This document shows positions 63,247 through 64,000 of a stretch of DNA of 64,000 nt, in pieces; positions within the stretch are counted from its first letter, which is position 1, and every line of letters starts with the position of its first letter. A model generated the notes under the pieces. It saw only the letters and a list, made by a program, of their open reading frames with translations. It did not search any database and had not been told where the DNA came from. A program made the position numbers and the translations under genes. Origin of the DNA: Mytilus trossulus (lineage: Eukaryota); contig NC_086379.1 of the NCBI RefSeq assembly GCF_036588685.1, positions 31,124,001-31,188,000 of the forward strand, given 5' to 3'.

Positions 63247-64000
63247 GCTTTACAAACTCAGTAAATCAGACGACAGAATCTCTTTTCCCAATTTTACAGT
63301 AAGATGGATTTTCTTCTCACTTCTCTATAAATTCTGTCAGTAACTTAATTCTTGACATTTATAACGAAATTTTCAAAGACAGAAAATTTCAAAGTATATA
63401 CATTTAACTCTATCATTGTGATGTAGAATTTATTTGATACCAATAGTGACATGTCTCGACTTTTCACATCACATATATATCCCCATCCAAAATAAGTCAC
63501 ATGACTGTTGACAAATTCAAATTCGAAAAAACAAGTGCTATCCAATAAAATGCAGTTGATTAGCCTTCTCGTTATTAAGATACTGTAGGAAAAATTAGCT
63601 ATGATGACGCAACTTAATTATCCAAAGAAATACACCATGAGGTACCAAACACGCAATGAAAAAAATATATATTTGATAACTTATTAAACACTGATTACAA
63701 TTCTGATAATGGTTGCATGTAACAATTAACTTTTAATTTTGTCCCACACTGTGTCAATTCCAACAACATTATGTTGCCCAGACATAGTCCAGCTTGTGGT
63801 GATCTTTAATTATTCAAATTTGTCCATTTTACTCCATTTAAAGTCCTTTATGACATGCTTATATACAAGAAATTAACATTTACAGCATATTACAGGTTCA
63901 TACTTTATCAATAAGTCCTGATAAACAAAGAGAAACATGCAAATATATAACCCGAATAATTCAGTCGTTATATTCCGCTGATCTACGAAGGCTACATTAA

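Overview
AT-rich metazoan genomic DNA, probably a bivalve (Mytilus-like, inferred from recognised repeat families). About 21.1-63.2 kb holds a minus-strand RAPGEF2/PDZ-GEF orthologue: 25 confident exons with consistent splice phases ending in ...EEEQVSAV*, plus a candidate first exon and a candidate 24-nt micro-exon. The first 16 kb is repeat-rich: a 63/66-bp satellite, a 2.66-kb long-TIR DNA transposon with a 5-bp TSD, and a nested LINE/HINE/MITE stack. The most striking feature is a ~1.7-1.8-kb tandem array (1-6.3 kb; three ORF copies plus part of a fourth unit) of an intronless ~100-aa NON-histone gene. Each copy ends in the replication-dependent histone mRNA 3' signal (6-bp stem/4-nt loop, ACAAA, purine-rich downstream element), and differences between copies preserve stem pairing. 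Also found: a sense-strand minimal hammerhead ribozyme in a RAPGEF2 intron and a tandem array of RFX X-box motifs. All calls were made by eye; no database searches were run.
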